From: Bugula neritina
Taxonomy: Eukaryota; Animalia; Bryozoa
Length of the DNA: 64,000 nucleotides
Reading direction: 5' to 3'
Assembly: GCA_964035545.1 (NCBI GenBank)
Contig: OZ037766.1
Span: forward strand, 248,001 to 312,000
The position numbers were made by a program, and so were the translations under genes. The notes under the pieces are model-generated. The model did no database searches, had not been told where the DNA came from, and saw only the letters and a list, made by a program, of their open reading frames with translations. This document shows positions 1-14,041 of this stretch, one piece after another (position 1 is the stretch's first letter; each line of letters begins with the position of its first letter).

Positions 1-409
1 ACTAACAATATCATAACATAGCCTGTGATATTACTAGAATAAACTATCACAAAATTGCAATAAAGCAGGGGTGTCTAACCATTTCAGAGAGAGGACCACT
101 GAAATGGAATATTCCAGTAGGGGGAGCCATTGTAAACTTTAACTTTATTCCAAATTCCTATGACTCATTACACAATGAAGTCCTAATAGTTACTGCAGGC
201 TGAATGTATGTAGTATGTGTATAAATAAGGCATTTAAAAGGTTGCTTTTTCTACTCTAATTCATATACATGTGTAAAACAATGTTATGTGGGGTATACCT
301 TTGAGGGCCACATAAATGTATACTGGGGGTCACAACCAGCCCTGGGGCCGCCTGTTGAACAGCCCTGTATTAGAGTAACTAAACTTACTATAATAAACAG
401 AGTATTTAC

Positions 410-3400
410 CTTCAAGTGAGAGGATGAGGAGAGGTCCTCTCTCTGTACAGATGTGAATCAGTTCAGATGTTGGATCAAAGGAAATACCAATTGGTTCTGA
501 GATGTGAGGGAATTCCCACATCAGAGAGAGAGTTGTGTTCTCCACTTTATATCTTCTCACTTTACCATCTTCAGTGTAGTCTCCTATGAGGAGAGTTGAA
601 TCTGGGAGGATGCATACAGGACGAGGGAACTTCATCTCAGGAAGTGGGAACTTCTGTGTTTTATTGTCAACTAGATTACAGACTACCAGCTGTTTCTCTC
701 TCCTGTCTACAATATACACTAGAGAGAGGTGCTGAGCTATTCTATAGGCTGTGAGTTTATCTACTGGATGTTTGTAAATAGAGCGAGACTTCTTAAAAGA
801 GTTCGGATCAAGAAGTGCGACTTTAGCTGATTTCTCCTTCTTGTTATAACAGCTGGCAACCATCACCCCTTCAGGTTGGATTATCTCCCCCCACACTGTA
901 GTGTTGGTGTCCTTCACTGAGCTGATAGTATCCAGAGTGTGTCTATTTATTACTTCTACACCTTCTGGTGTCCAACACATGAGATGTCCATCAGCTGAGA
1001 TGTTTACTCTGTAATACCTTCCACGTACAGGAAGTCCATCAGACTGTAGAGAAGCTGGTGGCTGCAGCAGCTTCAGTCCCAGACTGTCTTCACTGTCTGC
1101 AACAACAAAATAACAATTCTATAACTTGAGAATCTCATCACCTGCACAGGTAGAGAGTGTTTTGTTAATACTGACAGCAGGTAGTCAGCATTACACAGTT
1201 TAGCAGCTCACTTATACATCATAAACTCTGAAACACTGCAGAAATGTCTCATAATGTGAGAGTAGAAATAACAAAACTCAATCCTCTAATAAATGTCAAA
1301 ATGAAACGCAGCAACATTTCTAAATATCTGAGACTTTAAAAAAAATTAACGAATGAAATTCAATTGATTTACAAGCAGAAAGTTATTTATAGTTAGTGTT
1401 ACTATTTATAGACTCCACCTACATGTTGGTACCAAGATGCTGTCAGGAAGTACACACTTCTCTATTACACCAATATCTGTAGCCTTTTCCATCTCCTCAC
1501 TCATCTCTTTGTAGTCTCTCACAATCCCTGCATCATTGAACTTATCAACTGCATGTTGTACTCTGTCCACCAGAGACTGTCTGCCTATTGTCTTACTCAA
1601 GGCCAGCTCTATTCTATAATTATCCACTATCTGTGTGCAGCTTTTCAAATATCCATATATTTCTAGCCTCAGGTTTGTAGCTCTCTTTCTAATCTCTTCT
1701 ATCTAATAAATAGTAACACATTATAACCACATCTGCACCTCACAACCTCTACACTTGACATGAGAGTGACAGCTGACAGACCACCCACTGAGTAGACACA
1801 CAGTGACTCAGTCATGTGACACTCTATACACAGTAGACTGCTAGTACATCATGTGACTAGTCTCCTCCTTCTAACAAATCAAGTAGTATACTGAAAGTAT
1901 TGTCTTCAAATAAAAATTAAATAGCCCGAGAGTTTGTGTGGAAAATAGACTGTGCAAAGAAACGTAAATCGTAAACTTCACGTCAGCATACCTGAGCATC
2001 AGCGACAGAGTTTACTCTGGCAACCATCTTCTTCACTTCATCTTCTATTTTACTCAGTTCTTTCCAGGCATCCTTCGAGATGTCATTCAACTCTGCAACT
2101 TTCTCAGACAGAGTCTCTATTCCACCAGTCAGACTTTCTCGTAACTCACAAGACAAATCACTCAATGATGCCATGTCATGGAATGCTGCCTCCCCTTCTG
2201 TATAAATAATATCACAATATTTCATTAAATCACATTCCTTCTAACAGGATGTGCTGATTGACTCACAGTAGAAGAGCAAACTTACAGAGCAGTTGATATT
2301 AGAAACACTGAGTAACACTACATAAAACATATCAAAAGTATAAATAAAGACATGCTGCCTGAACCCTTGACCTAAGGTATATGTTTAAATCAGCTGGCAG
2401 CACTATCATATGATATTTGTATAATACAGTATAATTATTAAACAGTTGTACTCTGTCTCAAGTATTGCTATCAGAGTTGGTCATAACTCAACCTTCACTA
2501 ACATGACTTGTACAGAGGAATATTCTAGAAACATGTCACTAAATATACATCCCTCACTTGAAGTCATTGAGTTACAGAAATTAAATCAACAGAAACTCCT
2601 CATAAAGGGAACAAAGAAAGTTGAAGATTAGAAATTCCTAAGAATTCAATTCAACAACAGAATATGAATTAATGTCTGCACTAACCACTGCTGTCTCACA
2701 CAAAGTTTAATTTTAGAGAATACATCCGGGTGTGGGCTGTGAAACTTATTTGAAAATAAAATCTTTCACAGAATCTACCCAACAACTAGTCCAAATGGAG
2801 TTGCTAAAACTCACTTTAGTCTCTCACATTGCTACTTTGCTACTGTTAGTCTTAATGAATATAACGTTACATTATTTATTTGGTTTCAATTTGATGTAAA
2901 CAGAAACAAGAAAATACCTGTCTTACCATTACAGCCAGTCTTCATATCACATCTCATACAGAATATCTGGTGACACTTGGAACACACTTCTGTCAGCTGT
3001 TCATGTTTGTGATGTTTACATTCAGTTATAGTATATCTTTGGGGAGAAGCTCTGTAGACCTCAATGTCAATCAACTGATGTCTATCTCCCATCAGCTCTC
3101 TGTGATTCTGTATAATAAAGGTCAACAGTTCAGTTGGTAGTATTTTCACTAACAAGTCTGTCATAGTTGACCTTCTGCATTGTAGAATCTGTTTATTTGG
3201 TATACAAAGTCACACATACTCAGTATTTCTATCTAATAACATTCTACACACAAAACAGTCCTGGTTTAGTAACCAAATACTGATACATGTTTTAAAGACT
3301 CACCTTGTGATGCTGTTCACACAACTTCTTCTGAATCTCTACACAGAAGACTACAGCCTCTGTTCCATCCTCACACACATCACAGAGAATGGGGGGAGGT

Positions 3401-3885
3401 TTGGGAGGAGTTTTGTATTCTAGAACATCGCCCAGCTTAGCCACTGGTAGCGTTGTGGGATCAGTGATGTCATAGAATCCCTTTCTAAAATATAGTATTA
3501 GTCAGTGAGTTACAAATAATGAGATAATCAGTGACCTTGAACTTTCATTATGAGAGATTATCCTGATGACTAGACAGCTAGTAACCAGAGTGTGCATGAA
3601 GATACAGAACTGACAGTTTTAAGATAAATACAGTCACTATGAGTGTTAGAGAATAATAATATGCACTCACATAAAACATATCATGTTCATTAGTGCAACT
3701 TACCTGCAGTACACACAGTCGATGTGGGTTTTCTTGTAGCCAATGTCTGTTTTAAGACAATTTATACAATAGACGTGTAAACAGGGCAAAGTTCTGGGAT
3801 CTTCCAGTTTATCAAAATGGTGTAGACAATACCCACATCTATAGGAGTTATTGAGTCTTTTCTTTACTACCCTGGAGTCTGCCAT
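410..3885 (-). CDS. TRIM (RING-Bbox1-Bbox2-coiled coil-NHL-like beta-propeller) E3 ligase, copy 1, N-terminal type A; last exon lies left of the window
   Basis: GT-AG exons in consistent phase: 3885-3704 (RING, CGYC...PRTLPCLHVYCINC...CVYC), 3484-3304 (B-box1, CDVCEDGTEAVVFC), 3107-2918 (B-box2, CKHH...CSKCHQIFCMRC), 2197-1992 and 1702-1423 (coiled coil), 1096-410 (propeller with NHL-like PxPVCI..D..LLIGD and PxGISFD motifs). Confidence 0.9.
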
Positions 3886-4182
3886 TTTGATTTTGAATTC
3901 TAAAAATAAACAGATGATAATCTAATCATTTGATAAGTGAGAAATAAACACCCAACTCCATTACCACAGTGATAGTAATCTAAGTCCAAGACCTAATAGT
4001 CCTTATAATTTTAATTTAATCTAAACCTCTGCTTTTTCACTTCGAGTTAGCTTCATGCTAAATTATTATCAGAAAACTGTAGAGTAACTATATATATATA
4101 TTTCACGGTTGAATTTTCAGACAACTCAAATTAATCTTACAAATCAGAAATATTCAATGTAAACATAAAATAAACTACTAAC

Positions 4183-4370
4183 CTGATAATTTTACCTTCC
4201 GCTCTAACGCGCTACTAACTGTAGAATGTAGAGAGTAGGAACTGAGAAGATGATGTTGAAATACGAGCAGATTCACGTGGCATTCTATATTCATTATTTT
4301 GATTGGGTGAATTGACCAATCATTATCAAAAGGGTAGTTAATCAACTGTCCAATCACAGCGTTCACATGA
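4183..4370 (-). promoter_or_regulatory. Putative non-coding first exon and promoter of TRIM copy 1
   Basis: Donor CAG|GTTAG at 4183/4182, acceptor just upstream of the ATG exon, CACGTG E-box at ~4274 and several CCAAT/ATTGG boxes at 4300-4355. Conserved in copy 2. Confidence 0.55.
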
Positions 4371-4659
4371 ATCCAGCTTCGAGATAATTTGCCAAGTGTA
4401 TGGTTACCTGGTTACCTTCTCCCCAGTCATGAAGCTCTCAGTTACTTTCACCTAGTATCATATAAACAGATTATTTGACAGTATAATGTGCATCTTATTG
4501 AAGTGTAACTTTTAGTGGTATTTAAGTTCAATTCATGCATTAAATTTTGAATCAATAAGCTATTAAAATAAGCTACATTATGGACACGGGGTTATAAGTA
4601 TTGTAGAAATAGTCAATATAACTCTAGACTACATTATATCACATGATAATGTTTATCTC

Positions 4660-4760
4660 AAATATTATATATTTATATTAAAAGTATTATATATTTATAT
4701 GAAAAGTATTATATATTTATATGAAAAGTATTATATATTTATATGAAAAGTATTATATAC
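4660..4760. repeat. 22-bp tandem repeat, ~4 copies
   Basis: AAAGTATTATATATTTATATGA units at 4681, 4703, 4725, 4747. Confidence 0.85.
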
Positions 4761-5064
4761 AAATACATATACAAATAACATCATCTCAGCTATTCTGTAT
4801 AATTCACATTCCTCAGTGAGAAGATCCGACAAGCATAACTCTAATGAATTCTCTACACTATAGAAATACTGTTGTAGTTTTATACACTACTATTTGGGGT
4901 GTTATTGTATGCTCTAGTAATTACTGCATGTCCACTAGCAGGTTATGTGAAGAAATAGTTGATGCTTAAAGAAAGAACTGCATTGAGATTTTAATTACAT
5001 ATAATCTAGGTCATAGAGAAACTCAATGAACTCAAAAATATTCAACTAAACTAAAGCTAAACTA

Positions 5065-5386
5065 TTTGGCCATGCTAAAACGTCCTTGGCCTCTTCGGGT
5101 CTATTCCAGCTCAGTGGAGAAACTAATGAAAGAGAGTACAAGATGGGAACTATTACACAAGGCTAGCCTCTATCCCTGATAGTTATCGTCTGACTGACAC
5201 TAGGCGCCTGAAGGTGCTGTTTATATCCAAGAGGTTGGTCCTGATTGGTTAGTATATGGTATTGCCGATGCGATGCTGCGGCATCGCTAACGGAGTTGTA
5301 GTCCCTTGGAACATTTAATGCCTCATAATATAATACAAGTACTTAGGTAGGGGGTACTGGGAGGTATACTTGCCGCAGCCACTACA
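5065..5386 (-). mobile_element. Possible truncated or solo LTR
   Basis: GC-richer island. The minus strand begins TGTAGTGG, then CCAATCA followed ~20 bp later by GATATAAA. No TSD or matching CA end was found. Confidence 0.3.
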
Positions 5387-7032
5387 ATAATCTTTCACTT
5401 TATTTCATATGAAATTAACATATTATATTACTGAAGGGAGACAATCCCAAAATGAGATTATCTATATGATAGATACTTAGTCAAGTTCTGTTTGATACTG
5501 CATTGTATAGTTTCTAATTAGTCCACTCTACAAAGACACAGAGCCATTTGAGGAGTTGAATATTTATCAAATTGAATATATTATAATGATACTTGTCATG
5601 AACTATCATTGTACCAGTATTCTATTATTAGGAGATATTACTCCAGCATATACATAATATCACTGTATCTTCACAACTTAGCACAGTTTCATATCAGTGT
5701 GTTGTTAGCCTCAGTTCTACAACTTAGTGGAAAGGATTTACTCAGTTACGATGGCTAGAAGTACCTACATGATGTTTATTAATACGAACACATACTACTA
5801 GTATATAATACTACCACGTGACTGTAGAGGAAGTTGGAGAGATGCCAAAATAATGACACAATAACTCTGTTTCCAGTATTTTGTGGAATTTTTTAATCAT
5901 GCATCAGAGGCGTGTCAGGGGGAAGTACGTAAGTCACTGAACTAACTGTAGATACAAACACATACAGTTTACAAATATACCTCTATATTATATACTATGA
6001 GTCATGTAATATAAATAAATACTAATAAATAGTAAATGTATGAAAATATAACATATTAACATCGTATGTTTATACAAACTAAAATGTTTGCTATTAATTT
6101 GCCAATATCCACTAATAGTGTTCAACTTATTGACCTCTTAGTGGTAAATTCTTGTTATATTGTCTATAATCTAGTTGATGTACAGAGATACTTTAGCAAG
6201 GGATGATAACTCCAACATACTCTTTCTCAGTAGGTACATCCCATCTATAATAAACACACAAGTATTATCTACTGACACACTAGTTGAATACAGGTGGGCG
6301 GAGCTTATAGAACCCCTGACAGCCACATTTATATAGTATTAATATCTATAGCAGGTAGTTTCATTTGTTTTCTCATTTAGCAGCATGCGTAGACTGTGTT
6401 CTAAACATTTAAGTCAGCTTAGTGATTATTCTGCAGCAGCAAAGAATAGCGAGCAATAAAAACCAGCAACAGTTACTTCATGCATCTAAACAGATTACAT
6501 AACTATTAGTTTAATTCACTTGATGTCACACTTACCTTGACACAACCACTTTGGAAAAGTAGGAAAACTCTGCGACTGTTGACCACAGACTTCCTTCTTT
6601 GACTGCCCACTAGTGTTGATAATATGCAGTACATTCTACAAGATATAATACATCTGAGTTATTGTAACTTACATGAATACAATATACTTCTGAAATGTGA
6701 AAATACCATCAATACTCACTCATTCCACACAAGGAAATTCACGTGTTAACACAATTAAATACTTTCACTTAAAGCTAAGCTTGATGAACCAATATGAACT
6801 GTTGACAAAGTTTAATCACCTGCGTAGGATTTGCACCTACAATAGTTACATCAAAGCTAAGTGAAAGTCTAACAGTTGATTTATTCTGTTGAAAGTTGAT
6901 GTGTTGAGTATTGATGTTATTACACAACTTCACTCACTTTACTGTAGAGTTTGTTGATGCAAGTTCACTTAATTAAACTCTCCGCACACAGTTCCAAGAG
7001 CACGCAACATGTTTCTTACTAGTTCTATCACA

Positions 7033-7495
7033 TGACAGTAGTGACAGCAGGGAACAGTAGTGACAGCAGGGAACACTAGTGACAGCAGTGAACAGTAGTG
7101 ACAGCAGGGAACAGTAGTGACAGCAGGGAACAGTAGTGACAGCAGGGAACACTAGTGACAGCAGGGAACAGTAGTGACAGCAGGGAACAGTAGTGACAGC
7201 AGGGAACAGTAGTGACAGCAGGGAACAGTAGTGACAGCAGGGAACAGTAGTGACAGCAGGGAACAGTAGTGACAGCAGGGAACAGTAGTGACAGCAGGGA
7301 ACACTAGTGACAGCAGGGAACAGTAGTGACAGCAGGGAACAGTAGTGACAGCAGGGAACAGTAGTGACAGCAGGGAACAGTAGTGACAGCAGGGAACAGT
7401 AGTGACAGCAGGGAACAGTAGTGACAGCAGGGAACAGTAGTGACAGCAGGGAACACTAGTGACAGCAGGGAACAGTAGTGACAGCAGGGAACAGG
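7033..7495. repeat. 19-bp minisatellite, ~24 copies
   Basis: (AGTGACAGCAGGGAACAGT)n. Confidence 0.95.
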
Positions 7496-8386
7496 TAGAT
7501 CGTGAGACACATAATGTGTCAAACAGTGAATACTTGACTTAGTTATTACTCTGCATCTCATACATACCCAGCATGTTTATGAGTAATATGTCAGGAGTTG
7601 TTTACTCAATTTCATCTTATCATGTTATTTCAAGTGTCAGTCAGCTCCGTAGTGTTGGTGAACAAACTCCTTTATACAAAGTTGGAACTTGTTTACAGTG
7701 ACATCCATCTACAAGGACAAAGTCTTTAGAATCGAGTCACTCTAATTATGAGTCCCTCAGGAATTCAGAGTAACTCCAGTTTATACAGAATAACTTCGGT
7801 CAAAGTTTTACCGGTAAAAGGAAGTACAATTATTTAGCTTTGTCAGTCTGTCATTTAGTTCGACTCTCGTGTGGTTTGGAGAGAAGTTAAAACCAGGTCA
7901 ACTTTTCAAATGCCAACAACTCCATGAGCTAAGAAAACTATAACCAAATTATCAAGTTTAGCCCATCAGTTTCTGAACTGACATTAGAAATACTGATTTA
8001 ATAATACATAAAAACACAAAAAAAACCAAGATTTATTTAAATTCAATCCATACTATGATCAATAAATCAATGAATAACATTTAGTCACTGAGTTGAAGTA
8101 GTCATGCTTGCAGGGTGTATGTTCTAGCAACTGGCTAATTACAGGGGAGATAATCTAACTTTCCATATTCCTACTTGTGTTCCACACCAGATGTGGTGAT
8201 TGAGACAATAACTCCAACTAACAGTACGGCAATGAGCTTAGACTAAGTCCATAGTAAAATATGCCACACAAATATGTTAGATTACGTGAATCTCAGTCTA
8301 CAGATTTGCTATGTTGACTATAAGCAAACATAAAATTAATCGAAACTTTTTATAGAGCAACATTAAGTAGAGAGAAAGTGACTTAC

Positions 8387-8847
8387 TGCCCGTCTGCACC
8401 GTTCCCCCACACGTACACTTTATCTACAACATATATTCAACATTTGGGAGATACAAAACTTGAATAATTACACCAATACAAGCACTGCAGCTTCACTTTA
8501 CTAGTTATACTAAGTTGAAAGAGTTGAAAGACAATGAGAATAACATGAAAATATTACCTCCAACTCAACGAGAGTTACTTTGTACTCATTCTGGATGAAT
8601 AATCATATAGACTAAAAATATCAATTAGAAACACAAAGAGAGACATAAGTTTACCTTTGCTGATGCACACGGTATGACTAGAGCCACATGATAGTAAGTA
8701 ATTCTCATTAGTCCCTATAGGGAGGACACTGTCCCTCAGGAGAGTAAGTGAAGAGTCAGCAGGATGTTTACCCTCCCCTTGCCCTTTCTGTCCTCTCTGA
8801 CCGTGATCATTTCCTCCCCAGCAAATCACCGAGCCGTCCTCAATCAT
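8387..8847 (-). pseudogene. RCC1-repeat (RLD) protein gene fragment, two 5' coding exons
   Basis: Exon 8847-8655 (MIEDGSVICWGGNDHGQRG...LLSCGSSHTVCISK) splices in phase to 8423-8387 (DKVYVWGNGADGQ). These are canonical RCC1 repeat motifs. A possible 5' UTR exon has its donor at ~10154. No in-phase continuation was found. Confidence 0.7.
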
Positions 8848-8867
8848 CTAGAATGAGTCAGCATACC

Positions 8868-9105
8868 TCAACAGTTAGCAGATGTCAACAGTTAGCAGAC
8901 GTCAACAGTTAGCAGGTGTCAACAGTTAGCAGATATCAACAGTTAGCAGACGTCAACAGATAGCAGACGTCAACAGTGAATAGATGTCAACAGTTAGCAG
9001 ATATCAACAGTTAGCAGATATCAACAGATAGCAGATGTCAACAGTTAGCAGACATCAACAGATACCAGGTAACAGCAGGTAACAGCGGGTAACTGCAGGT
9101 AACAA
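8868..9105. repeat. 17-bp minisatellite (~11 copies) followed by a 10-bp repeat
   Basis: (GTCAACAGTTAGCAGAT)n then (AGGTAACAGC)x4. Confidence 0.9.
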
Positions 9106-11654
9106 ATTAAGTGAGTGGAACTCCTAACTTATAATTCCCAGCAGCAAATTACAGACAGTTTAACCAATTGCTACTTACTAGAGTGAGTTGAATAGAGTGA
9201 CTTATATTAAATTTCCTAATCAATACCTGCGTGAGCTATTATTAGTAGTTTTGTGTTACGATACCTGATCCTGACATTACACAATACCTAAGAACATAAA
9301 TTCCTCTTAATTACAGATTAAATTTAACAAAATTGATTAATTATTTTTATAATATGCATAATTAGTTTTGGAAACTTCAATATATAGGCCTACTGTAAAT
9401 ATGAGTTTTTACCAACGTTGAAAAATTGGAACTTGATAACTAAGAGATACTAAAGCTCCTGATATCTAAAGAAATTGGTGATGAGCACCCAGGGTGTCCG
9501 GAAAAAATGGCACACTTTCGATATTAGGTTTTGTGGTGGGGATGGGTGTTTAGGATGGGGGTTTGAGTTTGGGGTTAGTTAAGAGTTGAGCGTTTGAGTT
9601 TGAGAAAATTTAACATCAGAGTGCCAGTTTTTCTTATTTTTCCATTTGCACCATTATTACCTGTGCCATTTTTACCTAAAACTGAGCTTGCAGAGCAAAC
9701 TTTTGTGAACATTATATTAAGTATAAAGTTTAACTGTCAATAATTGTATCAGGGGAGTAAGAAATAAACACAAAATCAAAATTTGACAATAGTTATAAAT
9801 ATTAGCTCACAAATAATTATATGGGCTGATGGTAGGTTGAGTGCACGATCAAGTTTTTGACAAATCATAATCACTATGATAATTACTACTATTGCGATCA
9901 TAATTCATTTAATTGTGTTAATGAATCATTGCACTGAACTGTCAAACTATGAATACCATTACTAATAGAGTAGACGAAAAAATACACACTGGAAAGTGAA
10001 TTTTTGTAAAATAGGCACAAGACTAAGGTTTACTTACAAACACCATTTTTTTTAAAGTCATGTATTAATTATTTAATATATCCACTATCCAATGTGACTG
10101 ACATTACAATTACGAAAACTTCAACAATAAACAATAAACTATTTTGTGACTTACATTTACAGTAAGTGGCGGTGGGTAAGCGTCGTCCTCAAACTGAGTT
10201 TAAGTTTCAGCCGCAACAACACACTTTAAACTAGTTCTTATTATTGAGTAGCATTCCAGTATCATTGGCGACCAAAATGAGAATGAAAACGAGCAGTTTT
10301 GTTTAAAAAAACAATGTCGACAGTATGAGTATAACGAAAATTGTTACACTACTGCTGCTATTAGTATTAGTATTAAAATTACTTCTATTTTTTAATTTTA
10401 CCCAGTGACACTCAGATGAAGGACTGGTGGTCTCACAGTGACTGCGAGAAACTAAAATTAAGCTTTAAACTGTTACAGTTCAACTGTAACACTTTACAAT
10501 TTAAACTTTAAACTTAGTCAACTGTCACTGAATCGAAGAAAATATTCTTTTCAAGGAAGCAGTTCGAGTAACAAGAGCACCTCCATTGAGCTGTGATATA
10601 TTACGTGGTTTCAATTTACATACTACAGGCAGCCGTACTAATGACCATGGGAGCATTCACAACAAGTGAATAACTGTATAACAATGTGAACTACATGTAT
10701 AATAATTAGATAGCCATGCTCTCCGAGTTGGGGCGTTAGTTTAAGTCACTACGCAGTAGGTAAAGCTTGGGTCATAGTCTCTAGAAGAGGGTTCGCACAG
10801 AACAAATAGTCCGGGTGTTGCCAATCAATAAAATCGGAGGGACCTAATATTGTCGTTGGGCGGTGCAAACCGCCAAACAGAGCTTACAACTCCGAAATAG
10901 TTCAAGCCTGTGTAATGATTTGGACTACTTTCATTACAGAAAGTCTCTCAACACGTGAAAGGACAACTCCGCCAGTAGCCAACCTTGAAAAAAACTGTTT
11001 GTTTTATTGTATTAAGCTGAACAAGCTGCAAAATGCTTATAATTTTAGGGAACTTGACCAACGTACAGAGTACTACTTCAACTATACAGAGTATTATATA
11101 CAGAGTATTATATACAGAGTACTACCTCAACATCACATACAACGTATATATTATATACAATATACTTAACAATTCACTGTACTCTCATTAACTTAACTTA
11201 TCTAACAGATACTGTTTAGTAACATTATATTCCTCTCCTCTGGTACCAGCTTACTTTCATATAAGAGTTATCTTCTCTAATACCAGTAGGATTACGTAAC
11301 TGGGCAACAGTTTTCTACCATTATATATAATCAATAGAATACTATACATAGTTATATCCGTTATAATCTATGACCATGTAACTCATATAATATTATATAA
11401 TCATGTTTATTGATGTATGACATCATAACACTATTGGAGTTGTCATACACAGCGCAGAGTATAGTGCTGGTTAGTATACTGCAGGTGGAGCTGAATATTT
11501 TATACTATAACATAATTAGAGGGAGTTATCCTTTCCTGGTAAACTAGCAGTAGTCCCAAGAATTATTGGATGGCTCACACACAGCAGTAAAGCTATAGAG
11601 AAGATGGTGAGTTTATTCTACAAAAGGTAACACTGATATTAGCATCTAAGGAAC

Positions 11655-11866
11655 TGTGTGAGGGGGCACTGTGTGAGGGGGGCAGTGTGTGAGGGGGCAG
11701 TGTGTGAGGGGGCAGTGTGTGAGGGGGCAGTGTGTGAGGGGGCAGTGTGTGAGGTGTGAGGGGGCAGTGTGTGAGGGGGCAGTGTGTGAGGTGTGAGGGG
11801 GCAGTGTGTGAGGGAGAACTGTGTGAGGTGTGAGGGGGCATTGTGTGAGGGGGCAGTGTGTGAGGT
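11655..11866. repeat. 15-bp G-rich minisatellite
   Basis: (GTGTGTGAGGGGGCA)n with variants. Confidence 0.9.
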
Positions 11867-12303
11867 GTCAGGGTGTCAGTAGAGAGCAAGTGAAGGGTTT
11901 CACATACACAACTGTTGATAGGATATTAAATGAAAGAGACACTGTTGTGTGTAGGAGACCAATAGTTGCTGTGGTTAATAAAGAAGTGTATGTACAATGT
12001 TTTATTACTGTCTAAAATTACATAATACAGCATCAAAAAAGTTACAAGCTCACATTCATTTAAACTCTGTCATAAGTATAGTTACAGACATTACTCTTAT
12101 AAATGACAAGATACAATCTGATTGGCTACTAAATACACAGGAGTACCACGTGACTATCAAAGCACTTTGTGAGTGGAAGTCGCATGGTTTCAAAGTAGTT
12201 GCACGCTTTATTGATTATCCAGTGACTATGTTATACACAGCAATGTCCTTCACCCTGTAATGACCTCACTGAGCTGATTATTAGTAAACTGTAGCTGATA
12301 AGT

Positions 12304-13645
12304 TTAGTATTTTATTGTGTATCTCCTCAGTCCATCATCCCCACATCCTAGAAACACCTTGTCTCTGTTATACACAGCAATGTCACACACCCTGTCACTC
12401 ACACCAAGACTTTCTCTGGGAATTCTTACCATCAGTTCACCTGTAAATAGAATAACACCAGATTGTATCAGTTTGAGACAAATAGACAGACTACAGTGAC
12501 ATCACAACAGCTGACACAACTACATACAGTTTCTACTTTCTAGTATAATATAGTAACTGAAATATGTTCAATAATATACCTGCAGCTGAACTTCTACCAG
12601 TCAGTATTGAATAATTCACTGAGCTGCTCTACACTTTACTTCATAATAAATGACAACATGGAGAGAAGAAACTCAACATACAAACTTAGTGCTCAGCTAA
12701 TATAATTATAAATAATTACATAATATAAGATGTACTCCAACATTATCACATATTAAATACTTGACAAGAACCAACCACAGCCACCTGAGTCCCACCAGCA
12801 AACACTGCTCTACCAGCCATCATCAAATTACAATAGTCTCAGTAATGGCAGTCAAAAAGTATCAAATTATTTATCTTTAAATTATCTGATGACCAAAACA
12901 ATAGCAGCACTAGACTGAAGTCAAACTACAACTCATAACTCATGTGTAGCTGGCAGTCTGTACAGTTGTTAGACTGAGCACCTCTAAAAGTACTGTAAAA
13001 CACTTCCATGAAATACTAATTATTGCCAGTACTAATTAGACATATAATATAGCCTATGAGTGGAAGTTGTTTACAGATAATAATCATTTATCACAATATT
13101 GTATTAGAGCAGAGGGGGGGGGGCTGTCTAAATATTTCAGAGCAAAGGCCACTGAAATGGAATATTCTGGTAGGGAGGGCCACACTGTAAACTTTAGTGC
13201 AGTGTGGTATATTTAAGACTGTTGCCATTAGCAAATCTTACGGAATCATATGGGCGCCATTATGCCGAGATTGGTACCGCGAGTTTATATAAGTTATAAA
13301 GGAAAAATTTTGCCACTTTTGTTATTTTATTTTTTTTCTATTTTATGTGTACATTTTTTTAATTTTTTTATTGGTAAAGTTTTTAAACACATTTTTAATG
13401 CACATAAAATTAAAAGAAAAATTAAAACTCAATCATGCACATAAATACAAAGCTATAAAGTTAAAGCTTCGCTGTGATTTTAATGTGAATATGAATTGAA
13501 TAATGCTTGCAATAACCATTATACACAAAATACGTTACAGTTGCTATAAATGCAAGACTAGTTAATTGGATGCAAATAGGCACGGTAATACTACTTAATT
13601 TATGCTATTTTTGAATTTTGTAGTAAATATTTGGCATGTATATAT

Positions 13646-13728
<83 letters not shown>

Positions 13729-13967
13729 TATTATATATATATAATATATAATATTATTATATGTATATATATATATATTATATATAATATCATTATATAT
13801 ATAATGTATATAATTTAATATATAATATAATAATATATTATATATGATATTATTATATATATAATATAATATATAATATAATAATATATTATATATATTA
13901 TATATGATATTATTATATAAATATAATATATAATATATATATAATATAACAATATATAATATATTAT

Positions 13968-14041
<74 letters not shown>

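Noticed and set aside
10718-10900. GC-richer segment as a tRNA/SINE or MITE
   Set aside because: It has only a short imperfect inverted match and no clear A/B boxes, cloverleaf or TSD.
12317-12499. Recurrent plus-strand ORF MYLLSPSS... (also 28930, 45513)
   Set aside because: It is the antisense shadow of the TRIM terminal exon; the same applies to 1952, 15211, 30611, 31891, 47187, 63418 and 63488.
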